Positions 31,986-41,053 of a stretch of DNA of 64,000 nucleotides are shown here, piece by piece. The notes under the pieces are model-generated. The model was not told where the DNA came from. It did no database searches and saw only the letters and a list, made by a program, of their open reading frames with translations. Made by a program: the position numbers and the translations under genes. How positions within the stretch are numbered: the first letter of the stretch is position 1; the number at the start of each line of letters is the position of its first letter. Source of the DNA: Candidatus Poribacteria bacterium (lineage in GTDB: Bacteria > Poribacteria > WGA-4E > WGA-3G); NCBI GenBank assembly GCA_965242965.1, contig OZ251518.1, positions 1,216,001 through 1,280,000 of the forward strand. Reading direction: 5' to 3'.

Positions 31986-33398
31986 ATGATGAAACATGCA
32001 CGAGGCTGCCGCAACGTTAGCAGACTCATACTACCCGGGGCCTGGATGTGTTGCGGAGTGCTACTGCTTGCACTCGTAGCAATGCCGCTGACGGCCCATA
32101 CGCGGACGCTCCACGCGTTGCTTGTAGTGATAGATACAGACACGAGTCTCGGCACCGCCATGAAAGCCAACCAGACGCAGGTGGAGCGACTGCTGAAGAC
32201 AATAAACGACGCGGGGGAACTCCGGTTGGAACTGCAGACGCAACTCAGTTCACAAAATGAGGCGACAGTTGCGCAAATTCAAGGATGGCTTGATGCAATC
32301 CGTCCCGGTGAAGACGATGTCCTCTTCGTCTACTTCAGTGGATCCGGCGGCAGTGATAAAGAGGGACAGTTCCTGTCTCTGCAAGATAGGCTGTGCTATC
32401 AATCCGATCTCGCGCAATGGGTGCGAAATGCAGGCGAGTGCAGGCTTAAACTCCTGATTACCGATGCATGCAAAGCCGCGGAGTCCTTACCGGTACAAGC
32501 ATCGCCGCGCGCCCGTTGGCTTGACATCGCGAATTTGTTTCAGACCCCGGCAGGCTTCCTCCATATCACGAGCGCGACTGCGGAGGAATACGGATGGGCG
32601 GACGTACAAAAGGGTGGACTTTTCACGAACGCACTGATGCACGCGCTCGCTGAAGGATTTACGTCTTGGACAGAAGTTTTTGACGCGGCACGGCAAGAAA
32701 CCGGTGACCTGTTTCTGCGCGCATCAGCCACATTCTCTGAAGAGATGGAGGCACCCTTAAAGAGGAAAGGCATTGAGAGCCAAACGCCGAAGGCGTATGC
32801 GCTGCCCAATTGGGACCGCGACCCGCCAGCAAACCGGGATGAAATACCACCAACGCTGTGGGAGCTCCCCAATCCGGAAACCGCGTTCAAACTCTCCATG
32901 GAGACCGGCAAAACGGTATACCAAATTAAGGACTACCTCACCGTGGCAGGCGAAGTCACCGACGATGCATACCTCATCCTCTTGAATTGGGATGATTTCG
33001 GGAGGTTAACCGTCCTTTTTCCCTTTCCGGACACCGCATCGGAGGGTAATCGGCTAAGTGCTGGCAGTTACCATATTCCAGACCTGAATCCCAACTTTGA
33101 ATTACAAATGTCGGGCCCTGCAGGGACCGAGCGACTTAAAATTCTAGCACTCCGGCGCGCCGCTGACAGCAACGCTATTATGGATTTCTTCACGTCGCCC
33201 GCGGGAAGCCGCTCATGGAAAGTGCTAGAAGGACAGCAGCGAGTAGCAGTTGAGGAGGAAATTTTGGAGCGTCTCCACAGCATAGACCCGAAAGACTGGG
33301 CAGAAGCACACCGAGAAGTGGAATTACGAGAGCGAAAACGGCCAGCACCGCGTATTACGCCAAAGGATAAGCACTCCGAGAAAACGGGAGGGAAGTGA
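31986..33398 (+). CDS. Exported caspase-like protein lacking the catalytic His + DUF4384-like domain
   Basis: YFSGSG in place of YxxGHG; TDACK retained; DAYLILLNWD..LFP..GPAGTE. Confidence 0.78.
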   Translation: MMKHARGCRNVSRLILPGAWMCCGVLLLALVAMPLTAHTRTLHALLVVIDTDTSLGTAMKANQTQVERLLKTINDAGELRLELQTQLSSQNEATVAQIQGWLDAIRPGEDDVLFVYFSGSGGSDKEGQFLSLQDRLCYQSDLAQWVRNAGECRLKLLITDACKAAESLPVQASPRARWLDIANLFQTPAGFLHITSATAEEYGWADVQKGGLFTNALMHALAEGFTSWTEVFDAARQETGDLFLRASATFSEEMEAPLKRKGIESQTPKAYALPNWDRDPPANRDEIPPTLWELPNPETAFKLSMETGKTVYQIKDYLTVAGEVTDDAYLILLNWDDFGRLTVLFPFPDTASEGNRLSAGSYHIPDLNPNFELQMSGPAGTERLKILALRRAADSNAIMDFFTSPAGSRSWKVLEGQQRVAVEEEILERLHSIDPKDWAEAHREVELRERKRPAPRITPKDKHSEKTGGK

Positions 33399-33470
33399 TT
33401 TCCAGTCGGCTTCGCCGATGTCCGCATCCCCATCCCGCACCATTACGATTCACAAGAGTAGGAGGAACGT

Positions 33471-35117
33471 ATGACAGCAAGACATCACCGGCTCGTGGGC
33501 AGCCTGCTCATCATTTTGATGTGCATCGGCATCCTCGGCACGGCGTTTTCTGTCCAAGCGCAAGAGGTGCACGCACTCATCGTGCTACAAGGCGCAGACG
33601 TGAAAATCCGCGCCAGCGTGGCGAAAAATAAAGTGCTCATGCAGCAATTGATGGGGCAGGTGTCGCAGTATTGCAACGTCCATCTTACCGTGATGCATGT
33701 CGATGACAGGTTCACGAGCACTGTCACATCAATGACACTCTCCGGAGGCGCGCCGGCGAACATCAGCGAGCGAAGGATAGGGCGAATCCGCGGCGAGGAT
33801 GTGAACCGTTGGCTCAACACGGTGACTCCCACGTCGGCAGACACCGTTTTCATCTACTATAATGGCCACGGAAGTATAGAGGAAAATGAGCATCTGCTGA
33901 GCTTCACTGAAGACAATAAGGTATCTCGTGCAGGGTTGCGGGCGCGATTGGAACAAAAACCGGCGCGCCTGAAAATGCTCATTACCGATACGTGTAGCAC
34001 GCTCGTTGATACGCCAGAAGTCGTTGCAGCTAGTGCTACCTATGCAAACGTAACAGGGAAAGGAGAACGCTACACGCAACATCTGTTTCTACAACACGAA
34101 GGCATGCTTGACATCACGGCGGCGGAACGCGGCGATTATGCCTGGGGCCATCAGGATATCGGCGGATTCTTCACGGCTGCGCTGATGCAGAGCTGCAATG
34201 AGCCGGCGGATGTTTCGCTAAAAGATGGGTTTCTGACGTGGGACGAGGTATTCGCGCAATGCATAGTGGAGACACAACATATCTTCACGCAGACTCTGGC
34301 AGAATCGGAATTCGGCCCGGAACATTTGCTGGATAACGGCACGCCGAAACGGCAGACACCTGTCGCGTATTCTCCTTTGCCGCAGCGGCTCGCGCATTAT
34401 GCTGAACCGAGAACACGAACGCCAAAGCCGGAACGGACAACACCGCAACACCCGCATGGCCAGATTACCTGGGAGAAAGACGGTGTCGAAATGGTGCTTA
34501 TCCCCGAAGGCGAATTCCGGATGGGAAGCACTGCCCGTGGTGGTTCTGGAAAACCCGCGTATCCTGTCTACGTGGACGCGTTTTATATCGATACACACGA
34601 GGTAACGCTTCGCCAATACGACGCGTTTCTGCAGGCCACCGGGCACCGGCCTCTGCCTGAAGAATACGAAGAATTTTGCCCAACGCCTGATTATCCCGTA
34701 GTTTTCGTCTCGTGGGAGGATGCAATGGCGTACGCAAAATGGGCAGGCAAGCGGCTGCCGACAGAAGCGGAATGGGAGAAAGCAGCGCGCGGTGGGTTAG
34801 TCGGCCAAAAATACCCATGGGGCAATGCCAAACCGAACGGGACACAGTGCAATCTAGACCGGTTGCAAGATGGACATCTATACGCCGCACCTGTCCGGAG
34901 TTATCCGCCTAACAAATACGGCATATACGACATGGTAGGGAACGTCTGGGAGTGGTGCGCGGATGAAAACAGGCCGAGGACACGCATCCTCCGCGGTGGA
35001 AGTTGGCGCAACCCGGAAATCCGTATCCCCTGGGTTACGGAATCGCTGCAGGTGCCCCCGGAAACGCTCGGGCACACTATTGGATTTCGATGCGTTGTCA
35101 GTGCCGACGCGCATTAA
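33471..35117 (+). CDS. Exported caspase-like protease + FGE-sulfatase domain (no VR/hairpin)
   Basis: YYNGHG, TDTCS; RLPTEAEWEKAARGG; divergent C-terminus. Confidence 0.85.
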   Translation: MTARHHRLVGSLLIILMCIGILGTAFSVQAQEVHALIVLQGADVKIRASVAKNKVLMQQLMGQVSQYCNVHLTVMHVDDRFTSTVTSMTLSGGAPANISERRIGRIRGEDVNRWLNTVTPTSADTVFIYYNGHGSIEENEHLLSFTEDNKVSRAGLRARLEQKPARLKMLITDTCSTLVDTPEVVAASATYANVTGKGERYTQHLFLQHEGMLDITAAERGDYAWGHQDIGGFFTAALMQSCNEPADVSLKDGFLTWDEVFAQCIVETQHIFTQTLAESEFGPEHLLDNGTPKRQTPVAYSPLPQRLAHYAEPRTRTPKPERTTPQHPHGQITWEKDGVEMVLIPEGEFRMGSTARGGSGKPAYPVYVDAFYIDTHEVTLRQYDAFLQATGHRPLPEEYEEFCPTPDYPVVFVSWEDAMAYAKWAGKRLPTEAEWEKAARGGLVGQKYPWGNAKPNGTQCNLDRLQDGHLYAAPVRSYPPNKYGIYDMVGNVWEWCADENRPRTRILRGGSWRNPEIRIPWVTESLQVPPETLGHTIGFRCVVSADAH

Positions 35118-35123
35118 ATAAAC

Positions 35124-35408
35124 GAGGGGGTTTCATAAATCAATGTCTTCCCGGTAGGAGAGACCTCCTGGTCTCGATGGCTCCTCGGTAGGGGGAGACC
35201 TCGGGTCTCGATGTTCCCGTAGCGCGGGGGCCTGTCCCCCGCGAGCTCCATCGTCACGATGGGTGTTGCTGCCGTTGTAGTTTGTGCTCGCCTGATCACA
35301 AACGGGTCAAGATCGAGCAATCCTGACCTATAGGGGTGATGCAGCCTGACAGCAAAACGCATGGCGAGGGTTTCCCCCGCGACGTTGAACAATTTATGAA
35401 ACACCCTC
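35124..35408. mobile_element. MITE-like element with REP cargo
   Basis: GAGGGGGTTTCATAAAT ... ATTTATGAAACACCCTC; flanking duplication degraded. Confidence 0.65.
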
Positions 35409-35436
35409 AAGTTAGCATCTATGAAAGGAGAAACCA

Positions 35437-37110
35437 ATGAAAACTAATTTGCCGCTGCGCATCGCAGCTTTGCTTATCATTCTCGGATGCATCGTCTGCT
35501 TCGGCACCGCTACCGCCGAAGCACAGAAGATGCATGCACTGCTCATTCTGCTGCAGAATGACAAAAAAGGCATTCGAGACACCGTAGACGTGAACCAGCA
35601 GACATGGGTGGACGAACTGCTGCCCCTCGTTTCAAAACATTGTGAGGTAAAGGTGACGCTCATGAAATCGTTGCCGGGACTCGCTGGGGAATTAACCGAA
35701 ATAACCCTCAATGATAGCACGGTAACGGCACGGAAGGTTGAAAACCTCCGCAACATTGTTAACCCCGCGCAAGTCACCGGGTGGCTTGACAACGTGCAAA
35801 CGGGCCCCAGGGATACCCTGTTCGTCTACTTCAATGGCCACGGGGGGATGGACAGATACGGCACCCATCGGCTCCTCTTGGACCCGAGAGGAAAGAATTA
35901 TGTCACCCGCGAGCAAATTATGACGCGCCTCAAAGCGAAATCGGCGCGCCTGAAGATGCTCATCACCGACACCTGTAGTGAGATGATTGACATGGACGTG
36001 TCGGCTCAACCTCAGACACAGAACTTCGCACGTATCAAGAGCGCGCGATACTATGCCAAAAACCTGTTCCTAGATCACGCCGGGCTCCTCGATCTCACGG
36101 CGACCTCTCCAGGCAAACTCGCCTACGGCAACGCTACAATCGGCAACTATTTCACGCATGCCATAGCGGAGAGTCTTGTCCCAGAATCAGACACATCAGG
36201 GGATGACTTCCTCTCCTGGCAGGAGGTTTTCGCCTCCGCCACAAAGACGACGCGAACGTTGTGTGAGCAGGTACCACTGTTCAAAGCGACAAACACCGTC
36301 CAAATCCCCATCGCGCACGCGATGCCGAAGAAAGAACGCCTCAAGATTGGCGTGCAGGACAGCGCAGGAATGGTGCTCATCCCCGCCGGCAAGTTTCAGA
36401 TGGGCAGCAACGACGGTTATGAAAATGAAAAGCCGGTGCATACTGTCTCCGTGGATGCGTTCTATATGGATGTCTATGAGGTGACGAACGCGCAGTTCAA
36501 GGCGTTTGTCGATGCAAATCCACAGTGGCGGAAAGACCAGATTCCAACAAACTACCACGATGGAGACTACCTCAAGCCCTGGTCTGGTAACAGTTATCCG
36601 GTTGGAAAAGGTAACCACCCCGTGACTTTTGTAAGTTGGTATGCGGCGATGGCGTATGCGGAGTGGGCAGGGAAACGGCTGCCGACGGAGGCGGAGTGGG
36701 AGAAAGCGGCGCGCGGCGGGTTGCAAGGACAGAAGTATCCGTGGGGCAATGGGATTGATGCAGGTCAGGCAAATTACGGCAGGAATCTTGGGGGCACCAC
36801 GGAGGTTGGGAGTTATGGTGCGAATGGGTATGGGTTATATGATATGTCAGGGAATGTGTGGGAGTGGTGTGTTGATGCGTATAAGGCGGATTTCTATGCG
36901 CGTTCATCGCCCCAAAATCCGCTTGCAGGGAAGATGACCTTAAGGGAAGTGAGTGCTAATTACCAAAACGTGACAGGCTCGCGCGTGTTGCGCGGCGGCG
37001 GTTGGCGCACTACCGCGCAGGACTTGCGCGTCGCCAATCGCAACGGGAGTTCGCCGGCGAGCACGCACGCCGACATCGGTTTTCGTTGCGCGAGGGCTGT
37101 TACGCCTTGA
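35437..37110 (+). CDS. Exported caspase-like protease + FGE-sulfatase domain; putative DGR target 2
   Basis: AEA|QKMHALL; YFNGHG, TDTCS; FGE motifs; VR at the C-terminus. Confidence 0.88.
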   Translation: MKTNLPLRIAALLIILGCIVCFGTATAEAQKMHALLILLQNDKKGIRDTVDVNQQTWVDELLPLVSKHCEVKVTLMKSLPGLAGELTEITLNDSTVTARKVENLRNIVNPAQVTGWLDNVQTGPRDTLFVYFNGHGGMDRYGTHRLLLDPRGKNYVTREQIMTRLKAKSARLKMLITDTCSEMIDMDVSAQPQTQNFARIKSARYYAKNLFLDHAGLLDLTATSPGKLAYGNATIGNYFTHAIAESLVPESDTSGDDFLSWQEVFASATKTTRTLCEQVPLFKATNTVQIPIAHAMPKKERLKIGVQDSAGMVLIPAGKFQMGSNDGYENEKPVHTVSVDAFYMDVYEVTNAQFKAFVDANPQWRKDQIPTNYHDGDYLKPWSGNSYPVGKGNHPVTFVSWYAAMAYAEWAGKRLPTEAEWEKAARGGLQGQKYPWGNGIDAGQANYGRNLGGTTEVGSYGANGYGLYDMSGNVWEWCVDAYKADFYARSSPQNPLAGKMTLREVSANYQNVTGSRVLRGGGWRTTAQDLRVANRNGSSPASTHADIGFRCARAVTP

Positions 37111-37152
37111 GTCTTAACTCCCTTACCCCTTCTGATCGGTTTACCGATCAGA
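36982..37152 (+). other. DGR variable region VR2 plus downstream hairpin (37131-37152)
   Basis: Same invariant frame as VR1; identical TCTGATCGG-TTTA-CCGATCAGA hairpin. Confidence 0.8.
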
Positions 37153-37376
37153 CCGTTATGAAAGGGGGTATATATTAAGACCTAACGGCCGGCCCGGTGC
37201 CTCTTTTTTCATCGAGAAACCCGCTTACTATGCGGGTTCATGCAGGAACAACTTTTGTGTCTTTTCTACCGGTTGTTGCGGTCTTCCAGTCAGCGACAAC
37301 CCCCGTCGGGAGAGCTTGCCTTAAAGCGGCAAGCCGAATCAAACTAATTGGGTCCACTATCAAAAGGAGAAACATC

Positions 37377-38297
37377 ATGAAACCCCAAAACACCCTGCAC
37401 CTTGCAGGATTACTACTACTAATACTACTGAGCTGCGCGGCACTGCTAGGGCCGGCGGCTTCTGCCGAGGCACATGAAGTGCACGCGCTCCTCATCATCC
37501 TCGGCGATGACATGAATATTCGCGCCGGTGTTGAGAAAAACGAGAGCCATCTCAAGGAGTTGATGGGGCGCGTCTCGGCGCACTGCCCTGTCCAACTCAC
37601 CGTCCTGAAATCCGAAGACGAGAGCACGGTGACGACGATGTCCCTCACCGATGGGAAGGCAAGCGCCATTCAAGAAACGCAGCAGGAGGGGCCCATCACG
37701 AGCGGCCAGGTTGAAGCGTGGCTCAACGCCGTGGACATCAATCCCGATGATACCGTGCTCATCTACTACACCGGATTCGGTCTGATATCCGCCAGCGGTA
37801 GCGGCGATGATTTGGCCCGCGCCGACTTGAGCGCGGCATTGAACGAACATCCTGCGCGCTTGAAAATGCTGATTACGGATATGGAGGGCCCCATTGTTGA
37901 TGAGTCTGACACCCCTGCGCTCCAGACATTTGGGTCTATAGCACCAAAGACGCCAGAGACAAGGGGCTCCTTCCTCAAACACCTCTTTCTTGAGTATAAA
38001 GGGATGCTTGACATTACCGCCGCGTCCTCTGGAGAGTATGCGTTTATGAACACAAAAGGCACAGATGCCGGTGGATTCTTCACGCAGGCTCTGATTAAGA
38101 GTATGGACTTTGCAGCTGAGGCGAACGCGGATATGTTCCTCACTCTCAATTCGTGGGCGGAGGTGTTTGCACTCGCGCGGAAGAGCGTTCAAGAGAGGTT
38201 TGCGCAGGCGCGCAACCAGGGCTCACTACGACGTGTTGAGCAGACAACACAGACTCCGGTCGCCTATTCGCTCCCGGAACGCGTGCTGGAACCGTAA
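37377..38297 (+). CDS. Exported stand-alone pseudo-caspase (both catalytic residues lost)
   Basis: YYTGFG and TDMEG at the His and Cys positions; N-terminus nearly identical to 43097..45028; SD AGGAG. Confidence 0.78.
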   Translation: MKPQNTLHLAGLLLLILLSCAALLGPAASAEAHEVHALLIILGDDMNIRAGVEKNESHLKELMGRVSAHCPVQLTVLKSEDESTVTTMSLTDGKASAIQETQQEGPITSGQVEAWLNAVDINPDDTVLIYYTGFGLISASGSGDDLARADLSAALNEHPARLKMLITDMEGPIVDESDTPALQTFGSIAPKTPETRGSFLKHLFLEYKGMLDITAASSGEYAFMNTKGTDAGGFFTQALIKSMDFAAEANADMFLTLNSWAEVFALARKSVQERFAQARNQGSLRRVEQTTQTPVAYSLPERVLEP

Positions 38298-38363
38298 CGG
38301 TTCCCTGGCACCTTGCACGGAACTGCAACTTCAGACATCCCTGAATGTCACGAGGAGGAATAC

Positions 38364-39638
38364 ATGAAAATCGAACGATACTACCACACGATAGGCATCC
38401 TCTGCGTTCCAGTGATGCTTATCCTTTTAACGCAAGGATGCTTCTTCTTTAAGAAGGAGCCCAAAATTGAACCCCCTGAACCCATAGAAAGGATTCAGGA
38501 GGAGCTGCCCGAGTTGACTGCTTCGCTTGATGTCACCAGCACTCCAAGCGGGGCCACCGTGTTTCTAGATGGAGAGCCGGTCGGCACGACACCGCTGGAA
38601 CACGTTGTAGAACTTGGGGGTTTGCCACGTAAAACGGTAGAGGTTGGTGTGGCATTCCAGGGGAGTCAACCGAGCCTGCGCCAGGTCACCCTGGAGCGAG
38701 GCAAAGGCATGATGATTGAAATTGTGCAAGCGAACCCAGAGACCTCAGTTGAACAATTCGACGACCTCATTGAACAATTCAACGAGGTCAAGGAGCAGTT
38801 GTGGGACATTAGCAGTCCGAATGCGGATTTCACCGTGGCATGGCAAGCGGACAGAACGGCCTACGAGGTAGAGGATACTATCACCTTTGATATCACCCTC
38901 ACCGCCGGTGCACACCTTGTTATTTTGAGTCGGGATACTTCGGACGCGCTCACACTCCTTCATCCGAATGCCTTTGAGACATCAAACGATTGGTGGCGGG
39001 CCGGCAAGCACTCCTATCCCGGGCCCGATGCTGATTTTGAGATCGAACTTCAGGCCCCAGGCACTGAAAAGTTTCAGCTGCTGGCATTCCGAAACGCTGA
39101 GAACAGCCAAACTGTTGCCGACATCTTAGATACACAGGCAGCTACGGCTGAAGAAAGAATCTTGGATTACCTTCAGGGCATGAACCCGACGGACTGGGCA
39201 GCAGCACGACTGGAAATCCCGGTCCGCGAACCAGAACGCCCGGTGCCGGATGAAGAACTCCTTGATGTCCCCACCGGGAACATCGTCTACATCAAGCACG
39301 GAAATTACATGTATCTGGCAAAAGTGTTTGACACGCAGCACGGTGAAGCCGGCACCACGGCGGTGGATATTTTTAACGAGGAACTTCGCGAGGAACTCGG
39401 TGACACTATCAACAATGAACTTGTGCTGGATAAACGGACAGAACCGGCGCAAGGCTGGGGTAACCGGCGTGTGATGCTCAGCTTCTATCGAGATGGTGCA
39501 TGGACATTTACTACCGATGTCGTGATCCACGCGACCTATTATGAGTTGCCTGCGCGTATTGATGGGGAGCGGGTCCAAGGTTCGCGTATCGTCAGTTTCG
39601 GCGAAGTCCGATTTCCGATTCCGGTCTCCTTTCGGTAG
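38364..39638 (+). CDS. Lipoprotein with PEGA, DUF4384-like and cluster-specific C-terminal domains
   Basis: LTQG|C; LDVTSTPSGATVFLDG..GTTPL (PEGA); ends EVRFPIPVSFR. Confidence 0.78.
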   Translation: MKIERYYHTIGILCVPVMLILLTQGCFFFKKEPKIEPPEPIERIQEELPELTASLDVTSTPSGATVFLDGEPVGTTPLEHVVELGGLPRKTVEVGVAFQGSQPSLRQVTLERGKGMMIEIVQANPETSVEQFDDLIEQFNEVKEQLWDISSPNADFTVAWQADRTAYEVEDTITFDITLTAGAHLVILSRDTSDALTLLHPNAFETSNDWWRAGKHSYPGPDADFEIELQAPGTEKFQLLAFRNAENSQTVADILDTQAATAEERILDYLQGMNPTDWAAARLEIPVREPERPVPDEELLDVPTGNIVYIKHGNYMYLAKVFDTQHGEAGTTAVDIFNEELREELGDTINNELVLDKRTEPAQGWGNRRVMLSFYRDGAWTFTTDVVIHATYYELPARIDGERVQGSRIVSFGEVRFPIPVSFR

Positions 39639-39817
39639 TTATCTGGTTGGTAACTCAGACCGGTTGAAGAAATAAGTCTGAAAAACCTTATGCCGCTAAA
39701 GGTGTCTACGAGGCTAACCCCGTAGGCGCGGTTTGAAACCGCGCCTACGGTCCGCAAAGGGCTTTAGGGTGCCAGGCTGCGTAAGGTCTATGATACATAC
39801 ATAAAAGTGGATTTAAG

Positions 39818-40954
39818 ATGAAAAAATTGACAGTCCTTATCACGCTCTTCATGGTGATTTTATGTGCCGTTTCCATGAATAGCTGTGGAGAAGACGTAGT
39901 TGTAGAGGTAATTGAGCCTGCAACTTTCAAAAGTGTTTCTCCGTCTGAAGGCACAGAGATTGCTGTCGATGAGACGCTCACCCTTGATTTTGACAATCCC
40001 CCGGAAGGGGTTCAGGTCAGTGCGGGGAGAGTTCTTATCGTCGACAACACGCTGAAAATTAGCGGCGATTTTGACCCGGGGGCCCTCACCTTAGAGGTTA
40101 CCTGGGAGAATGGACCTGGTGAAACACCGGCCAAACAGATGCTCGCCTATACTGTCGTTGCCCCGGATATTGCGAGGGAAGTGCTAATTCCGGCTGGCGA
40201 GTTCCAAATGGGTGCAGCAGACAACGATGAAGACGCGGAACCGGATGAGCTGCCTGTCCATACTGTCTACGTGGATGCATTCTATATGGACGCACATGAA
40301 GTTACCCATCTAGAATACCAGCAGTTCCTGCTGGAAAATCCATCGTGGCAAAAAGCGAACATTGAGGAGAAGTTCCACGATGGTGCTTATCTTAAAGACT
40401 GGATTGGAAACGACTATCCGCGGGGCAGGAGTTACCATCCGGTGACGTATGTGAGTTGGTATGCGGCGATGGCGTATGCGGAGTGGGCCGGCAAGCGGCT
40501 GCCAACGGAGGCAGAATGGGAGAAAGCGGCGCGCGGGGGATTGGTGGGACAGAAATACCCGTGGGGCGATACCTATGATGCCACCCAAGTCAATCACAGC
40601 GGGAATGATACGACTGTTGTCGGCAAGTATCCTGCCAACGGCTATGGGCTATACGACATGGCCGGGAACGTTTCGGAGTGGTGTCTAGATGCATACCGTG
40701 AGAATTTCTACGCTCAGTCGCCGAGTCGGAACCCACTTGCAGGTGCGCATACGTTGGAGGAGTTGCTCAAAAACTTCCTGAGTCTTCCAAACGAGCCTGG
40801 GAATGCGCGCGTGGGGCGCGGTGGCACATGGTTATTTACTGAGGAAGTCCGCCGAGTTTCTGAACGTTGGAGAGGCACTATCGCTTATTCGGGAGACTAC
40901 GAAGATAAGGGCGGTATCCTCGGTTTTCGGTGTGTGCGGTCCGTGACAGAGTAA
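39818..40954 (+). CDS. Lipoprotein with Ig-like domain + FGE-sulfatase domain
   Basis: MNS|C; SVSPSEG..LTLDFDNPP; FGE motifs. Confidence 0.85.
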   Translation: MKKLTVLITLFMVILCAVSMNSCGEDVVVEVIEPATFKSVSPSEGTEIAVDETLTLDFDNPPEGVQVSAGRVLIVDNTLKISGDFDPGALTLEVTWENGPGETPAKQMLAYTVVAPDIAREVLIPAGEFQMGAADNDEDAEPDELPVHTVYVDAFYMDAHEVTHLEYQQFLLENPSWQKANIEEKFHDGAYLKDWIGNDYPRGRSYHPVTYVSWYAAMAYAEWAGKRLPTEAEWEKAARGGLVGQKYPWGDTYDATQVNHSGNDTTVVGKYPANGYGLYDMAGNVSEWCLDAYRENFYAQSPSRNPLAGAHTLEELLKNFLSLPNEPGNARVGRGGTWLFTEEVRRVSERWRGTIAYSGDYEDKGGILGFRCVRSVTE

Positions 40955-41053
40955 CTGCCGCTAAAGGTGTGAGGGATGTTACGCCGGAATCCCTCACGCC
41001 TATAAACATTATGTCCTAAAACTCCGGCGGATAAGAATCAAAGGAGAAACGTA

